Below are positions 53,133-61,944 of a stretch of DNA of 64,000 bases, piece by piece. The notes below the pieces were generated by a model that saw nothing but the letters and a program-made list of their open reading frames with translations, made no database searches and was not told the origin of the DNA. This stretch comes from Cyanobium sp. GTDB taxonomy: Bacteria; Cyanobacteriota; Cyanobacteriia; PCC-6307; Cyanobiaceae. The stretch's first letter is position 1, and each line of letters opens with the position of its first letter. The position numbers and the translations under genes are program-made. The stretch lies in NCBI GenBank assembly GCA_007135755.1, contig SLIG01000007.1:17466-81465 (forward strand), given 5' to 3'.

Positions 53133-53163
53133 GGGCCGGCGCTCCGCCGTGACGCCGGCCCTC
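53131..53163. terminator. Shared stem-loop between convergent glnB and tlyA (no U-tract)
   Basis: GAGGGCCGGCG-11 nt loop-CGCCGGCCCTC, a perfect 11-bp stem overlapping both stop codons. Confidence 0.45.
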
Positions 53164-54022
53164 AGGGCCCGGTCTGGGTGGCCTCCACCAGCCGTTTGAT
53201 CGCGGCCGCGTCCAGGGCCCCGGGGGCACACCCACCTGGGGCCGGACCCTGATCCCGGGAGCGCAGCCAGAGCAGATACTCGTGGTTTCCGGCCGGGCCG
53301 GTGATCGGTGAGGCCACCAGTCCCGCTGGCTCCAGAGCGAGCTGGGCCGCAGCGCTGACCACCCCGGCGATGGCATCCACATGGGCCGCCGGGTCTCGCA
53401 CCACGCCACCCTTGCCCACCCGGCCCCTGCCCACCTCGAACTGGGGCTTCACGAGCACCACCAGATCCACCCCGGCACCAGGGGCCTGGGGGTCCAGCAG
53501 CGCCAGCAGGGCGGGCAGCACCAGGGCCAGGGAAATGAACGACACATCGGCCACGGCCAGATCCGGCAGCGGATCCCCGGGGCCATAGAGCTCGGCCGCG
53601 CTGAGGTGGCGCAGGTTGGTGCGCTCCCGCAGCACCACCCGCGGATCGGTGCGCAGACTCCAGGCCGTCTGGCCGTAGCCCACATCAATGCCGTAGATGC
53701 GCGCAGCCCCGTGCTGGAGCAGGCAGTCACTGAAGCCACCGGTGGAGATGCCGCCATCGAGGCACACCCGCCCGCGCACCGGCAGCGCGAACGCCCGCAG
53801 GGCGGCCTCCAGCTTCTCGCCGCCGCGGGAGACGAAACGCGGTGGCTGGCGCACCTCCAGGACCAGATCGGCGGAGATGTCGGTGCCGGGCTTGTCCAGC
53901 AGCCGGTCCCCACTGCGCACCCGGCCAGCCCGGATCAGCTGCTGGGCCTGCTGGCGGCTGGCGGCCAAGCCTCGGGCCACCAGCTCCAGGTCGAGGCGTT
54001 GCTTGCGGGTGCTTGGGGCCAT
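53162..54022 (-). CDS. tlyA: TlyA-family rRNA (cytidine-2'-O)-methyltransferase
   Basis: N-terminal S4-like RLDLELVARGLAASRQQAQQLIRAGRV, FVSRGGEKLEAAL, and SAM motif LDGGISTGGFSDCLL. Confidence 0.85.
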   Translation of the reverse strand: MAPSTRKQRLDLELVARGLAASRQQAQQLIRAGRVRSGDRLLDKPGTDISADLVLEVRQPPRFVSRGGEKLEAALRAFALPVRGRVCLDGGISTGGFSDCLLQHGAARIYGIDVGYGQTAWSLRTDPRVVLRERTNLRHLSAAELYGPGDPLPDLAVADVSFISLALVLPALLALLDPQAPGAGVDLVVLVKPQFEVGRGRVGKGGVVRDPAAHVDAIAGVVSAAAQLALEPAGLVASPITGPAGNHEYLLWLRSRDQGPAPGGCAPGALDAAAIKRLVEATQTGP

Positions 54023-54149
54023 GGCGCCCGGGAGCGGGCCGGAGGGCGGATTGTGTGATCAAACCACAATCGAAACGAAACAGATTCTTCCCAGGCTCCG
54101 GGTTGTCCGGTAGATCGCGGGAAGATGGCGACAGACCAGCCTTGCCGTC

Positions 54150-54440
54150 ATGGCCTCGCGCCCTGCCAGTAGCTCATCCCCGGCCCGTTCTTCATCCTTG
54201 GCCAGCCGCCAGCCCGTCGGCCGCTCACCCGCCCGCCGCTCGCCCACCCGCACCGGGGGCGCCACGGTGCTGGATCTGCTCCAGCCCGGCAGCTTCGTGA
54301 AACTGCGCAACCAGCCCAGGGATCTGCCACCCTTCGAACTGATCCGCTGCCGCGGCGGCCGCTGCTGGGTGCGGCAGCAGGCCTGGGGGGGCGCGGTGCA
54401 GTGGGAGGTGGCACACCAGCGGCTCACCGCAGTGGCCTGA
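54150..54440 (+). CDS. Small hypothetical protein
   Basis: 96-aa ORF. The C-terminal about 55 aa (VLDLLQPGSFVKLRNQPRDLPPFELIRCRGGRCWVRQQAWGGAVQWEV) looks like a real small domain. The N-terminal Ser/Arg/Pro-rich part may be untranslated. Confidence 0.4.
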   Translation: MASRPASSSSPARSSSLASRQPVGRSPARRSPTRTGGATVLDLLQPGSFVKLRNQPRDLPPFELIRCRGGRCWVRQQAWGGAVQWEVAHQRLTAVA

Positions 54441-54552
54441 GGGGGCTGGCGGGGGTGGAGCCCAAGCACAAGTCAGCAGGCCCGTTCCACTTAGCCCACG
54501 TTCCGGGATCCGGCGACCCATACATTGGGACGACTGTGAGCCCCTGGCGGCC

Positions 54553-55848
54553 TTGATCGAGCGTTACACCCTGCCCGAGATGGGCAACCTCTGGAGCGAA
54601 CAGGCCAAGTTCCAGAGCTGGCTGGATGTGGAGATCGCCGCCACCGAAGCCAACTGCGAGCTGGGCCGGGTGCCGGCCGCGGCGGTGGCCACGATCAAGC
54701 TGAAGGCCGCCTTCAGCGTGGAGCGCATCCTCGAGATCGAGGCGGAGGTGCGCCACGACGTGATCGCCTTCCTCACCAACGTGAATGAGCACGTGGGCGA
54801 CGCCGGGCGCTACATCCACGTGGGCATGACCAGCTCCGATGTGCTCGACACCGGCCTGGCCCTGCAGCTGAAGGCCTCGGTGCAGCTCCTGCGCCGTGAG
54901 CTCGACCGGCTGGCCGACGCCATCCGGACGCTGGCGCGTGAGCACAAGGCCACGGTGATGATCGGCCGCAGCCACGCCATCCATGGCGAGCCGATCACCT
55001 TCGGCTTCAAAGTGGCCGGCTGGCTGGCGGAGGTGGAGCGCAACCGCGAGCGGCTGGAGCGCCTGGAGACCGTGGTGAGCGTGGGCCAGATCAGCGGCGC
55101 CATGGGCACCTACGCCAACACCGATCCCAAGGTGGAGGACCTGGCCTGCGCTCGCCTCGGCCTGGTGCCCGACACCGCCAGCACCCAGGTGATCAGCCGC
55201 GACCGCCACGCCGAATACGTGCAGACCCTGGCCCTGGTGGGGGCGGCCCTGGAGCGCTTCTCCACCGAGATCCGCAACTTGCAGCGCACCGACGTGCTCG
55301 AGGTGGAGGAGAACTTCGCCAAGGGCCAGAAGGGCAGCTCGGCCATGCCCCACAAGCGCAACCCGATCCGCAGCGAGCGCATCAGCGGCCTGGCGCGGGT
55401 GCTGCGGAGCTATGTGGTGGCGGCCCTGGAGAACTGCGCCCTCTGGCACGAGCGCGACATCAGCCACAGTTCGGTGGAGCGGATGATGCTGCCCGACTGC
55501 TCCGTGACCCTGCACTTCATGCTGCGGGAGATGACCGAGGTGGTGAAGGGCCTGGGCGTCTACCCCGACAACATGGCCCGCAACATGAATGTGTATGGCG
55601 GGGTGGTGTTCAGCCAGCGGGTGCTGCTGGCGCTGGTGGAGGCGGGCCTCAGCCGCGAAGAGGCCTATCTGATCGTGCAGCGCAACGCCCACAGCGCCTG
55701 GAACACCGCCGGCGGTGACTTCCGCGCCAACCTCGAAGCCGATACTGATGTGGCCACCCGACTCAGCCCCGCCGGGCTGGCCGCGTGCTTCTCCACCGAA
55801 CTGCACCAGGCCAACCTGGAGGTGATCTGGGAGCGGCTGGGGATCTGA
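54553..55848 (+). CDS. purB: Adenylosuccinate lyase
   Basis: 431 aa. (M)IERYTLPEMGNLWSEQAKFQSWLDVE and GSSAMPHKRNP signature. TTG start. Confidence 0.93.
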   Translation: MIERYTLPEMGNLWSEQAKFQSWLDVEIAATEANCELGRVPAAAVATIKLKAAFSVERILEIEAEVRHDVIAFLTNVNEHVGDAGRYIHVGMTSSDVLDTGLALQLKASVQLLRRELDRLADAIRTLAREHKATVMIGRSHAIHGEPITFGFKVAGWLAEVERNRERLERLETVVSVGQISGAMGTYANTDPKVEDLACARLGLVPDTASTQVISRDRHAEYVQTLALVGAALERFSTEIRNLQRTDVLEVEENFAKGQKGSSAMPHKRNPIRSERISGLARVLRSYVVAALENCALWHERDISHSSVERMMLPDCSVTLHFMLREMTEVVKGLGVYPDNMARNMNVYGGVVFSQRVLLALVEAGLSREEAYLIVQRNAHSAWNTAGGDFRANLEADTDVATRLSPAGLAACFSTELHQANLEVIWERLGI

Positions 55849-55896
55849 ACGGGCTGTCCCCAGGCCTCGGCCCATCACCATTGGGCCAGGTTTCGA

Positions 55897-57189
55897 TCAG
55901 TCCGCAAAGATGCGGTAGATCGAGGCGGCGTTGAGCACGGGGCCGAAGGGGGTGACGGCCTGGATCAGGAAGTCGTTGAAGCGGGTCCAGCCGTTGCGGG
56001 GCACCACCACCATGTCGCCATTGTGCAGCGCCGGGTTGGCCGGCGAATCCAGAGCCGCAGAGGGATCGAAGGCAATGCTGCGCACATCGATCTCGCCGCT
56101 GGGCTGCACCCGGATCAGACGGATCTCACGGGCGTTGGCCCGGCCCGGATCCACATCCCCGGCGGCGATCACCGCCGCGGCCAGGGGGCTGTTGGAGCGC
56201 ACCTGCATCAGGCCGGGCTGACGCACCTCACCCACCACCGTCACGCCGATGGTGTCGGGAGCGAAGTTGGAGGCGGCGGTGCGGATCAGCACATCGCTGG
56301 GCTTGGGCACCTCCGAGCGGGCCACCCGCACCATGTCACCGTCGTACAGAAGAGGGTTGACGGTGCTGGTGTTGTTCATCAGCAGCTCCTGGTAGTCGAA
56401 GCGGTACTCCACCACCCGGCCCCCGGGCATGGGACTGGGGCGGGTGAGCACCACCTCGGCCAGGTTGGCCACCGCCGTGATGCCGCCGGCCCGTTGCACC
56501 GCGTCCACCAGGGTGGGCCAACCGGCCGTGGTGATGGTGGTACCGGTGGTGGCCGGTCCGGCCGCCGCCAGGGTGGCTGCCTGGCTGCCCTGGGTGAGGG
56601 TGTAGAAGCCGGGCTTCTGCACCTCCCCCAGCAGGGTCACGCGCACCGGACGCGGCGCCACCAGGTCAAGATACACAAGGGGATTGCGCAGGAAGCGGTC
56701 GTAACCCTCGGTGATCCGCTGCCGGGCCTCATCGAGCGTCAGCCCCCAGACGGGAACCGACCCCAGCCGTGGCAGGTTGATGGTGCCATCCCCGAGCACC
56801 TCAACCTGGGCAGCGTACCCCTCCACCATGAACACCGACATGGTGAGGCGATCGCCCGGGCCGAGGCGGTAGCGCACGCTGCCGATGCCCGGATCCACGC
56901 TGGGCGAGGCGAATCTGGTGGCCGTGGTGACCGCGGGCGGCGAGGCCACCTCCCCCAGAGGGGCTGGTGTCCGCAGCCGGGGACGTTCAGGCGGAGCAGG
57001 GGGTTGGGAGTCGTCGCCAGCGGGATCGGGGATCGGGAAGGCGTCGGGTTGAACTCCCGGCTGAGCGAGGGCTGTGGCGGCGACGCCGAGGGGAACCAGG
57101 GCCACGGGCGTGAGCAGCAGGGCCAGGGATCGCCGGCGCAGGCGGCGGCCACCGGTTCGGTCTGCAGAGTTGAGCGGAGATGAAGACAC
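55897..57189 (-). CDS. Polysaccharide export protein (Wza/KpsD family: Poly_export + SLBB domains)
   Basis: YRLGPGDRLTMSVF...DGTINLPRLGSVPVWGLTLDEARQRI (Poly_export), then VRVTLLGEVQKPGFYTL and IGVTVVGEVRQPGLMQV (SLBB). Signal peptide without a lipobox Cys. Start is GTG 57189 or TTG 57246. Confidence 0.8.
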   Translation of the reverse strand: MSSSPLNSADRTGGRRLRRRSLALLLTPVALVPLGVAATALAQPGVQPDAFPIPDPAGDDSQPPAPPERPRLRTPAPLGEVASPPAVTTATRFASPSVDPGIGSVRYRLGPGDRLTMSVFMVEGYAAQVEVLGDGTINLPRLGSVPVWGLTLDEARQRITEGYDRFLRNPLVYLDLVAPRPVRVTLLGEVQKPGFYTLTQGSQAATLAAAGPATTGTTITTAGWPTLVDAVQRAGGITAVANLAEVVLTRPSPMPGGRVVEYRFDYQELLMNNTSTVNPLLYDGDMVRVARSEVPKPSDVLIRTAASNFAPDTIGVTVVGEVRQPGLMQVRSNSPLAAAVIAAGDVDPGRANAREIRLIRVQPSGEIDVRSIAFDPSAALDSPANPALHNGDMVVVPRNGWTRFNDFLIQAVTPFGPVLNAASIYRIFAD

Positions 57190-57279
57190 GGGGCCTGGGG
57201 GCGGAGGGAACCGGGGCCGGCCGGGCGGAGGGGGACACCAGGGCAAGCGGGCTAATCTTCACGCACCTCCAACCCCATC

Positions 57280-58248
57280 GTGAAGACGAGCGGCGGAAAT
57301 CCGTTGAATCTCTCCGCCGCGATCGCTCTTCCCCCTGATCGGATCCAAGCGGATCTGGCCCCCTTCCGCCTGTTGTGTTCCCAGGGGCTCGATCTCTACC
57401 TGCTTCCCGGCGAGCGCTTCGGGCCCTACGCCGAAGCCGTGGGCGAACTGCGCGAGCTCACCTACCGCCAGCAACTCTCAGGCTCCGGCAACAGCAGGGA
57501 CCTGGACAGCCGTGACCCCCATTACGACCACTTCCTGCTGGTGGAGGCCAGCAGTGGCGAGCTGGCGGGCTCGGCCCGGTTGCAGTTCGTGCCCGCTCAC
57601 CCAACCACTGGACCCGGCGGCCCGGGTGCCGCGCCCCTGCCGGGCAGCCAGCAGTCGTATCTGGAGCACGTGTACCCAGGCATCAAGGCCGACCTGGCCA
57701 GCCAGGGCAACCATCTGGAAATCGGCCGCGTGGCCCTGGCGCCCCGTTTCCAGCGCCAGCCCCACACCTTGATGCTGTTGTTCCGGGGCGGCCTGCAGGC
57801 GGCCGTGAGCGCGGGCTACAGCTCCATCCATGGCCTGGTGTCTTACAACCACTTCGCCTATGGGGAAGCGGTGAACCGGGAGTTTCTGGGCACCCTGCTG
57901 CGCTCCCCCTTCCTGGATGCCTCGTCGCCCCATCCCCAGCCCCGCCATCCGCTGGAGGGCCTGACACCCGATCCGAGGCAGGCAGCAGTGGCCACCATCC
58001 AGGAGCTGGAACTGGACATCCGCCACCGCCTCGATCCAGCCTTCCGGCTGCCCGTGCTGCTGCGCCAGTACATCAATCTGATGGAAGCCCGGGTGCGCAA
58101 CCTGTCGCTGGCCCGCGACTTCAACCAGATCACCGAGATCCTGATGGCCGCCGATCTGGCGCGGATCCCGGCCCGCAGGCTGGCCCACTTCATCGCCTTC
58201 GAGCACGAGCCGATCTACCGGACCTTCAGCTGGTATCGGGGGGGATGA
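57280..58248 (+). CDS. GNAT-fold N-acyltransferase of the OlsB/FeeM (Acetyltransf_5, 'putative hemolysin') family
   Basis: RELTYRQQ...DSRDPHYDHFLLVEASSGELAGSARL and C-terminal LPVLLRQYINLMEARV...DFNQITEILMAADLARIPARRLAHF parallel OlsB-type proteins. GTG start. Confidence 0.7.
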   Translation: MKTSGGNPLNLSAAIALPPDRIQADLAPFRLLCSQGLDLYLLPGERFGPYAEAVGELRELTYRQQLSGSGNSRDLDSRDPHYDHFLLVEASSGELAGSARLQFVPAHPTTGPGGPGAAPLPGSQQSYLEHVYPGIKADLASQGNHLEIGRVALAPRFQRQPHTLMLLFRGGLQAAVSAGYSSIHGLVSYNHFAYGEAVNREFLGTLLRSPFLDASSPHPQPRHPLEGLTPDPRQAAVATIQELELDIRHRLDPAFRLPVLLRQYINLMEARVRNLSLARDFNQITEILMAADLARIPARRLAHFIAFEHEPIYRTFSWYRGG

Positions 58249-58305
58249 GACAGTGCCAGTGAACTGGTACGTTGCCATCCGATCAGGGCGGGGCCGAGGG
58301 ACTTG

Positions 58306-58614
58306 ATGCACGCAGGCCCCGACAACGACAGCCGCGGAGCCTCGTCCCCAGCTCCTGGCGGGGAGAGCCTGCAGGGCCGTCTGATCGAGATCCTGCAGCG
58401 CATCTCCGGTGCCGATCTGGAGCAGATCACACCTGAGGCGCGCCTGATCGAGGACATCGGCATCGATTCCCTGGGCTTCTACGAGATCCTGATCGAGGCC
58501 GACGAGTGCCTCGGCATCAAGATCCGGGAGGAGGACCTGCTGCGCTTCCGCACCGTCGGGGATGTCCAGCGACACCTGGAATCGCTGGAGTCAGGCGATG
58601 GCACGAACAGCTGA
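58306..58614 (+). CDS. Dedicated acyl carrier protein (non-housekeeping)
   Basis: Phosphopantetheine site IEDIGIDSLGFYEILIEADE (DSL). Clearly different from canonical AcpP (DLGADSLDTVELVMALEE). About 35-aa low-complexity N-terminal extension. Confidence 0.8.
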   Translation: MHAGPDNDSRGASSPAPGGESLQGRLIEILQRISGADLEQITPEARLIEDIGIDSLGFYEILIEADECLGIKIREEDLLRFRTVGDVQRHLESLESGDGTNS

Positions 58615-59854
58615 GCGGGTCGCCGTGACCGGCTGGGGAGCGATCACCCCCCTGGCCGGTGATGCCGACGGCACCTGGACCGCCACCCTTGAGGGCCGCA
58701 GCGGCATCCGGGCTCTGCAGGAGGCATGGGCCAGCGACCTGCCCGCCCGCATCGCCGGCTGCGTCGACGCCGATGTGGCCGCAGCCCTCGAACCCCTGCA
58801 ACGCCGGCGCCTGGACCGCTGCTCCCAGCTGGGCCTGCTGGCGGCCCGCCAGGCCTGGAACCAGGCCCGGCCCCACCTGAGCGGCATCGACCCGGCCCGG
58901 GTGGCGGTGGTGATCGGCACGGGCATCGGCGGCCTGGCCACCCTGGAGCGGCAGCACTGCAACCTGCTGGAGGCCGGCCCCGGGCGCGTGAACCCACTCA
59001 CCGTGCCGATGCTGATCCCCAATGCCGCCGCGGGCCAGATCGCCATCGACCTGGGGCTCCACGGCGGCGCCCACACCCCCGTGTCGGCCTGTGCCTCCGG
59101 TGCCGAAGCGCTGCTGCTGGCCCAGATGCTGCTCAACGACGACCGGGCCGACGTGGTGATCGCCGGCGGCAGCGAAGCCCCCGTGAACCGGCTGGGGCTG
59201 GTGGGCTTTGCGGCCATGCGGGCTCTCTCCTGCCGCAATGAGGCCCCGGACCAGGCCTCCCGCCCCTACAGCCGCGACCGCGACGGCTTCGTGCTCTCCG
59301 AGGGTGCCGGGGCCCTGGTGCTGCAACGCCCGGACGACCTGCAGACCCATAATCCCAGACCCCTTGGCTGGCTGCTGGCCAGCGGCAGCAGCAGCGACGG
59401 GCACCACATCGTGGCACCAGAACCGGATGGGCTTAGGGCCAGTGCCGCCATGGCCGATGCCCTGAAAAGGGCCGATCTCGGGGTGGAGGCGCTCAGCTTC
59501 GTGCAGGCCCATGCCACCGGGACGCCGGTGGGCGATCTGGCAGAGGCGCGCGCCCTGGCGCGCACCCTCGGCGCCCGCAGCCACGACCTTCCGGTCACCG
59601 CCCCCAAAGGCCAGCTGGGGCATCTGCTCGGTGCAGCCGGCGCCGTGGAGACGATCCTTGCCCTGCAGGCCCTGCGCCGGGGCCTGGTGCCTCGCTCGTT
59701 GAATGCCGACCCCGTCGACCCGGCCATCGAGCTGGCGGTGGTGCGGGACGCTCCGCTGGCCCTGGCGGGCGGGGAGGCTGCCGGGGAGCGCTATGCCCTC
59801 AAGAACGCCTTCGGCTTCGGCGGCCACAACATCAGTCTGCTGCTGGCGGCCTGA
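58598..59854 (+). CDS. Beta-ketoacyl-ACP synthase II-like condensing enzyme (FabF paralogue)
   Basis: RVAVTGWGAITPLAG, active-site PVSACASGAEAL, HATGTPVGD and GHLLGAAGAVE (Cys-His-His triad), FGFGGHN. Its ATG overlaps the ACP 3' end by 17 nt. Confidence 0.88.
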   Translation: MARTAERVAVTGWGAITPLAGDADGTWTATLEGRSGIRALQEAWASDLPARIAGCVDADVAAALEPLQRRRLDRCSQLGLLAARQAWNQARPHLSGIDPARVAVVIGTGIGGLATLERQHCNLLEAGPGRVNPLTVPMLIPNAAAGQIAIDLGLHGGAHTPVSACASGAEALLLAQMLLNDDRADVVIAGGSEAPVNRLGLVGFAAMRALSCRNEAPDQASRPYSRDRDGFVLSEGAGALVLQRPDDLQTHNPRPLGWLLASGSSSDGHHIVAPEPDGLRASAAMADALKRADLGVEALSFVQAHATGTPVGDLAEARALARTLGARSHDLPVTAPKGQLGHLLGAAGAVETILALQALRRGLVPRSLNADPVDPAIELAVVRDAPLALAGGEAAGERYALKNAFGFGGHNISLLLAA

Positions 59855-61889
59855 GCTCGGCGGCGGCGTAGTGGGCCTGCACCGCCCGCACGAAAGTCTG
59901 GCGGTCGCAGCCCCGGTGGTCGGCGGAGCTCGCCGGCAGGGCCAGATCGCGGGAGCGCCCGCGGCGGCAGTGGATGGTGGCCAGGGGGGCGCTCAGCCGG
60001 GCGAGCAGCAGCCCCAGAGGGCGGTAGAGGTCGCGGCTGGAGGTGCTCAGGCCGTGGTAGCTGAAGGTCCAGGGCACGATCAGAGCCCCGTGTTTCCGGG
60101 CCAGCAGCAGGGCGCTGGCGGAGACGCGCTCACGGATGGGGGTCAGCAGGGAGCCGTTGGGAGCCAGCATCACCTCACCGCGCTCCGCCAGGGTGCGCGA
60201 GGCCCGGTAGAGGGCCGAGGTGCGCGAGCGGCCGTCGCGGTGGTCCATCAGGCCATGGCCGGCGTTGGCCGCTGAGGCCGAGAACCAGGGCATGATCCGG
60301 CTGAGGTGCAGGTTGGCCGTGGTGATGCTGGGCAGCCGCAGCACGCCCTGCACCACCAGCACATCGGCGGGGTGCTCATGGTTCCAGATGTGCACCAGGG
60401 GGATCCCCTCCGGTTCGCTGGGGTGGCTGTCATCCACCACCACGCTGATGCCCAGGGCCCGCAGGCCCACCTGAGCGGTCGCCACGAGTAACCGGGCAGC
60501 CAGCCGGCGCCGGCCCAGGGCCAGGGCCAGCAGCTGCAGGCCGTAGACCACGAAGTAGGAAACCCCCCAGAACAGGCGGGACAGCACCCGCAGGGGCAGC
60601 AACAGGGGAGAACTGGCTGACGCCTGGCCGGGGGCTGGCAACCGCGGCCGTGGCGCCAGCCGGCGCGCCTCCGGGCCGATCGGAAACGTGGTGCGGAAGG
60701 GAAAGTCGCCGTCGAAATTGCCATTCACCTGGGTGGAGGTCACCAGGTGGTCGTAGAAGCGGTAGAAGAGCGGCCGGTCGCTGGTGTGGGGCTCGCGCCA
60801 GAACTGATCCAGGGGTTGCTGGTCGGTGAGGCCTGGCAGGTTGTAGAAGGTCTGGCCCATGACCTTGGTGGGCACGGCGTGGTACAGCGCCTGCAGGCCC
60901 ACGGTGCTGTTCACGGTCACCACCCCCCGGCAGGTGCGCAGGAAACGGCTCAGGGCGCCGTCGTGGAAATAGTGCACCCGGCCCTCCACCCCGTAGCGGC
61001 GGGCCAGCAGCCGGATCAGCCGACCGTAGTGGTTGTAGCCGCGATCGCGAGGATGGTGCTTGAAAGCCAGATGATCGGAGGCATGGGCATGGCGAGCGAA
61101 GGAGCTGATCACGTCCTCGATGAAGTCGTGCATGCCCCGATAGGGCGACCCCAGCTGCACCTGGGAATCGCTGGACACCTGCAGCACGGCCAGGAAATAG
61201 GAGAGATGCTCCAGCAGACGCCGCTTGAGCCCCCGCTCCTGCCAGCGGTAGAGCCAGTAGCGCCAGCTGCCGCGCAGCTGGCACCAGAGAAACCGCGGCG
61301 AGGGTTGAAGCTTGTGCTCGCCCTCGATGATCGGGTAGCGGGTGGTGGCGTGCTGGATGAAGGTGGGGGCCTTCCAGAGCTTGCGCCAGCGCCAGCCCGG
61401 ATCCAGGGTGCCCTGGGGGAGAGCATCCACGGGCGGCAGCTGGCGGTAGAAGGCCACGGGCTGGTTGAGGTTGGAGCGGGCATTCACCCGCTCGCGCTCC
61501 AGGGTCACGTAGTTGGGACGGATGTAGCCCAGCTCGAACACCCAGGCCTCGATGCCGGCGCTGCGCGCCTCCTCGATGGCGATGCGGTGAGGAATGATGA
61601 AATCGCCATACATGAAGATGTGGCGGATGCCGCGCTCGCGGATCAGCTCGCGCACGAACGGCCGCCAGTCCTGCATCGAACCGCTGTAGGGCACCCGCAC
61701 CTCCCGCGGGAACCCGAACTCGCGGAGGGGAAAACTCACCTTGGTGACCGGGATGCCACAGCCGCGCAGGTAGCGGCAGAAGCGGGCGAAGAACAGCCCG
61801 ATCGGGCCCATCAGCAGCAGTACCGGGCCGTCGATCCGCACCTGAACCAACTGCACCGGCGCCGGAGCGGGGGCCCGTTCTGTGGTCAA
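59832..61889 (-). CDS. Fusion protein: KpsS-like capsule Kdo-transferase domain + TM linker + PlsC/OlsA-like lysolipid acyltransferase domain
   Basis: N-terminus LLLMGPIGLFF...MYGDFIIPHRIAIEEARSAGIEAWVFELGYIRPNYVTLERERVNARSNL parallels E. coli KpsS (LLLQGPMGPFF...FEEGYLRP...GVNA.S.L). Hydrophobic segment LFWGVSYFVVYGLQLLALAL. C-terminus has NHEHPAD (HX4D), then LAPNGS and IVPW. Confidence 0.8.
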   Translation of the reverse strand: MTTERAPAPAPVQLVQVRIDGPVLLLMGPIGLFFARFCRYLRGCGIPVTKVSFPLREFGFPREVRVPYSGSMQDWRPFVRELIRERGIRHIFMYGDFIIPHRIAIEEARSAGIEAWVFELGYIRPNYVTLERERVNARSNLNQPVAFYRQLPPVDALPQGTLDPGWRWRKLWKAPTFIQHATTRYPIIEGEHKLQPSPRFLWCQLRGSWRYWLYRWQERGLKRRLLEHLSYFLAVLQVSSDSQVQLGSPYRGMHDFIEDVISSFARHAHASDHLAFKHHPRDRGYNHYGRLIRLLARRYGVEGRVHYFHDGALSRFLRTCRGVVTVNSTVGLQALYHAVPTKVMGQTFYNLPGLTDQQPLDQFWREPHTSDRPLFYRFYDHLVTSTQVNGNFDGDFPFRTTFPIGPEARRLAPRPRLPAPGQASASSPLLLPLRVLSRLFWGVSYFVVYGLQLLALALGRRRLAARLLVATAQVGLRALGISVVVDDSHPSEPEGIPLVHIWNHEHPADVLVVQGVLRLPSITTANLHLSRIMPWFSASAANAGHGLMDHRDGRSRTSALYRASRTLAERGEVMLAPNGSLLTPIRERVSASALLLARKHGALIVPWTFSYHGLSTSSRDLYRPLGLLLARLSAPLATIHCRRGRSRDLALPASSADHRGCDRQTFVRAVQAHYAAAELRPPAAD

Positions 61890-61944
61890 CGCGGTGTCCT
61901 GAGGGGCAAGGCCTGGGCCAACTCTGCCATCCCAGGCAAGGGGC

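Noticed and set aside
58303-59854. Reading the ACP-KAS pair as the housekeeping acpP-fabF operon
   Set aside because: The ACP deviates strongly from the highly conserved AcpP helix II sequence and has a low-complexity N-terminal extension. The KAS differs from cyanobacterial FabF at many normally conserved positions. Both are embedded between an OlsB-like gene and kps-like genes. This still needs confirmation that a canonical acpP-fabF exists elsewhere in the genome.
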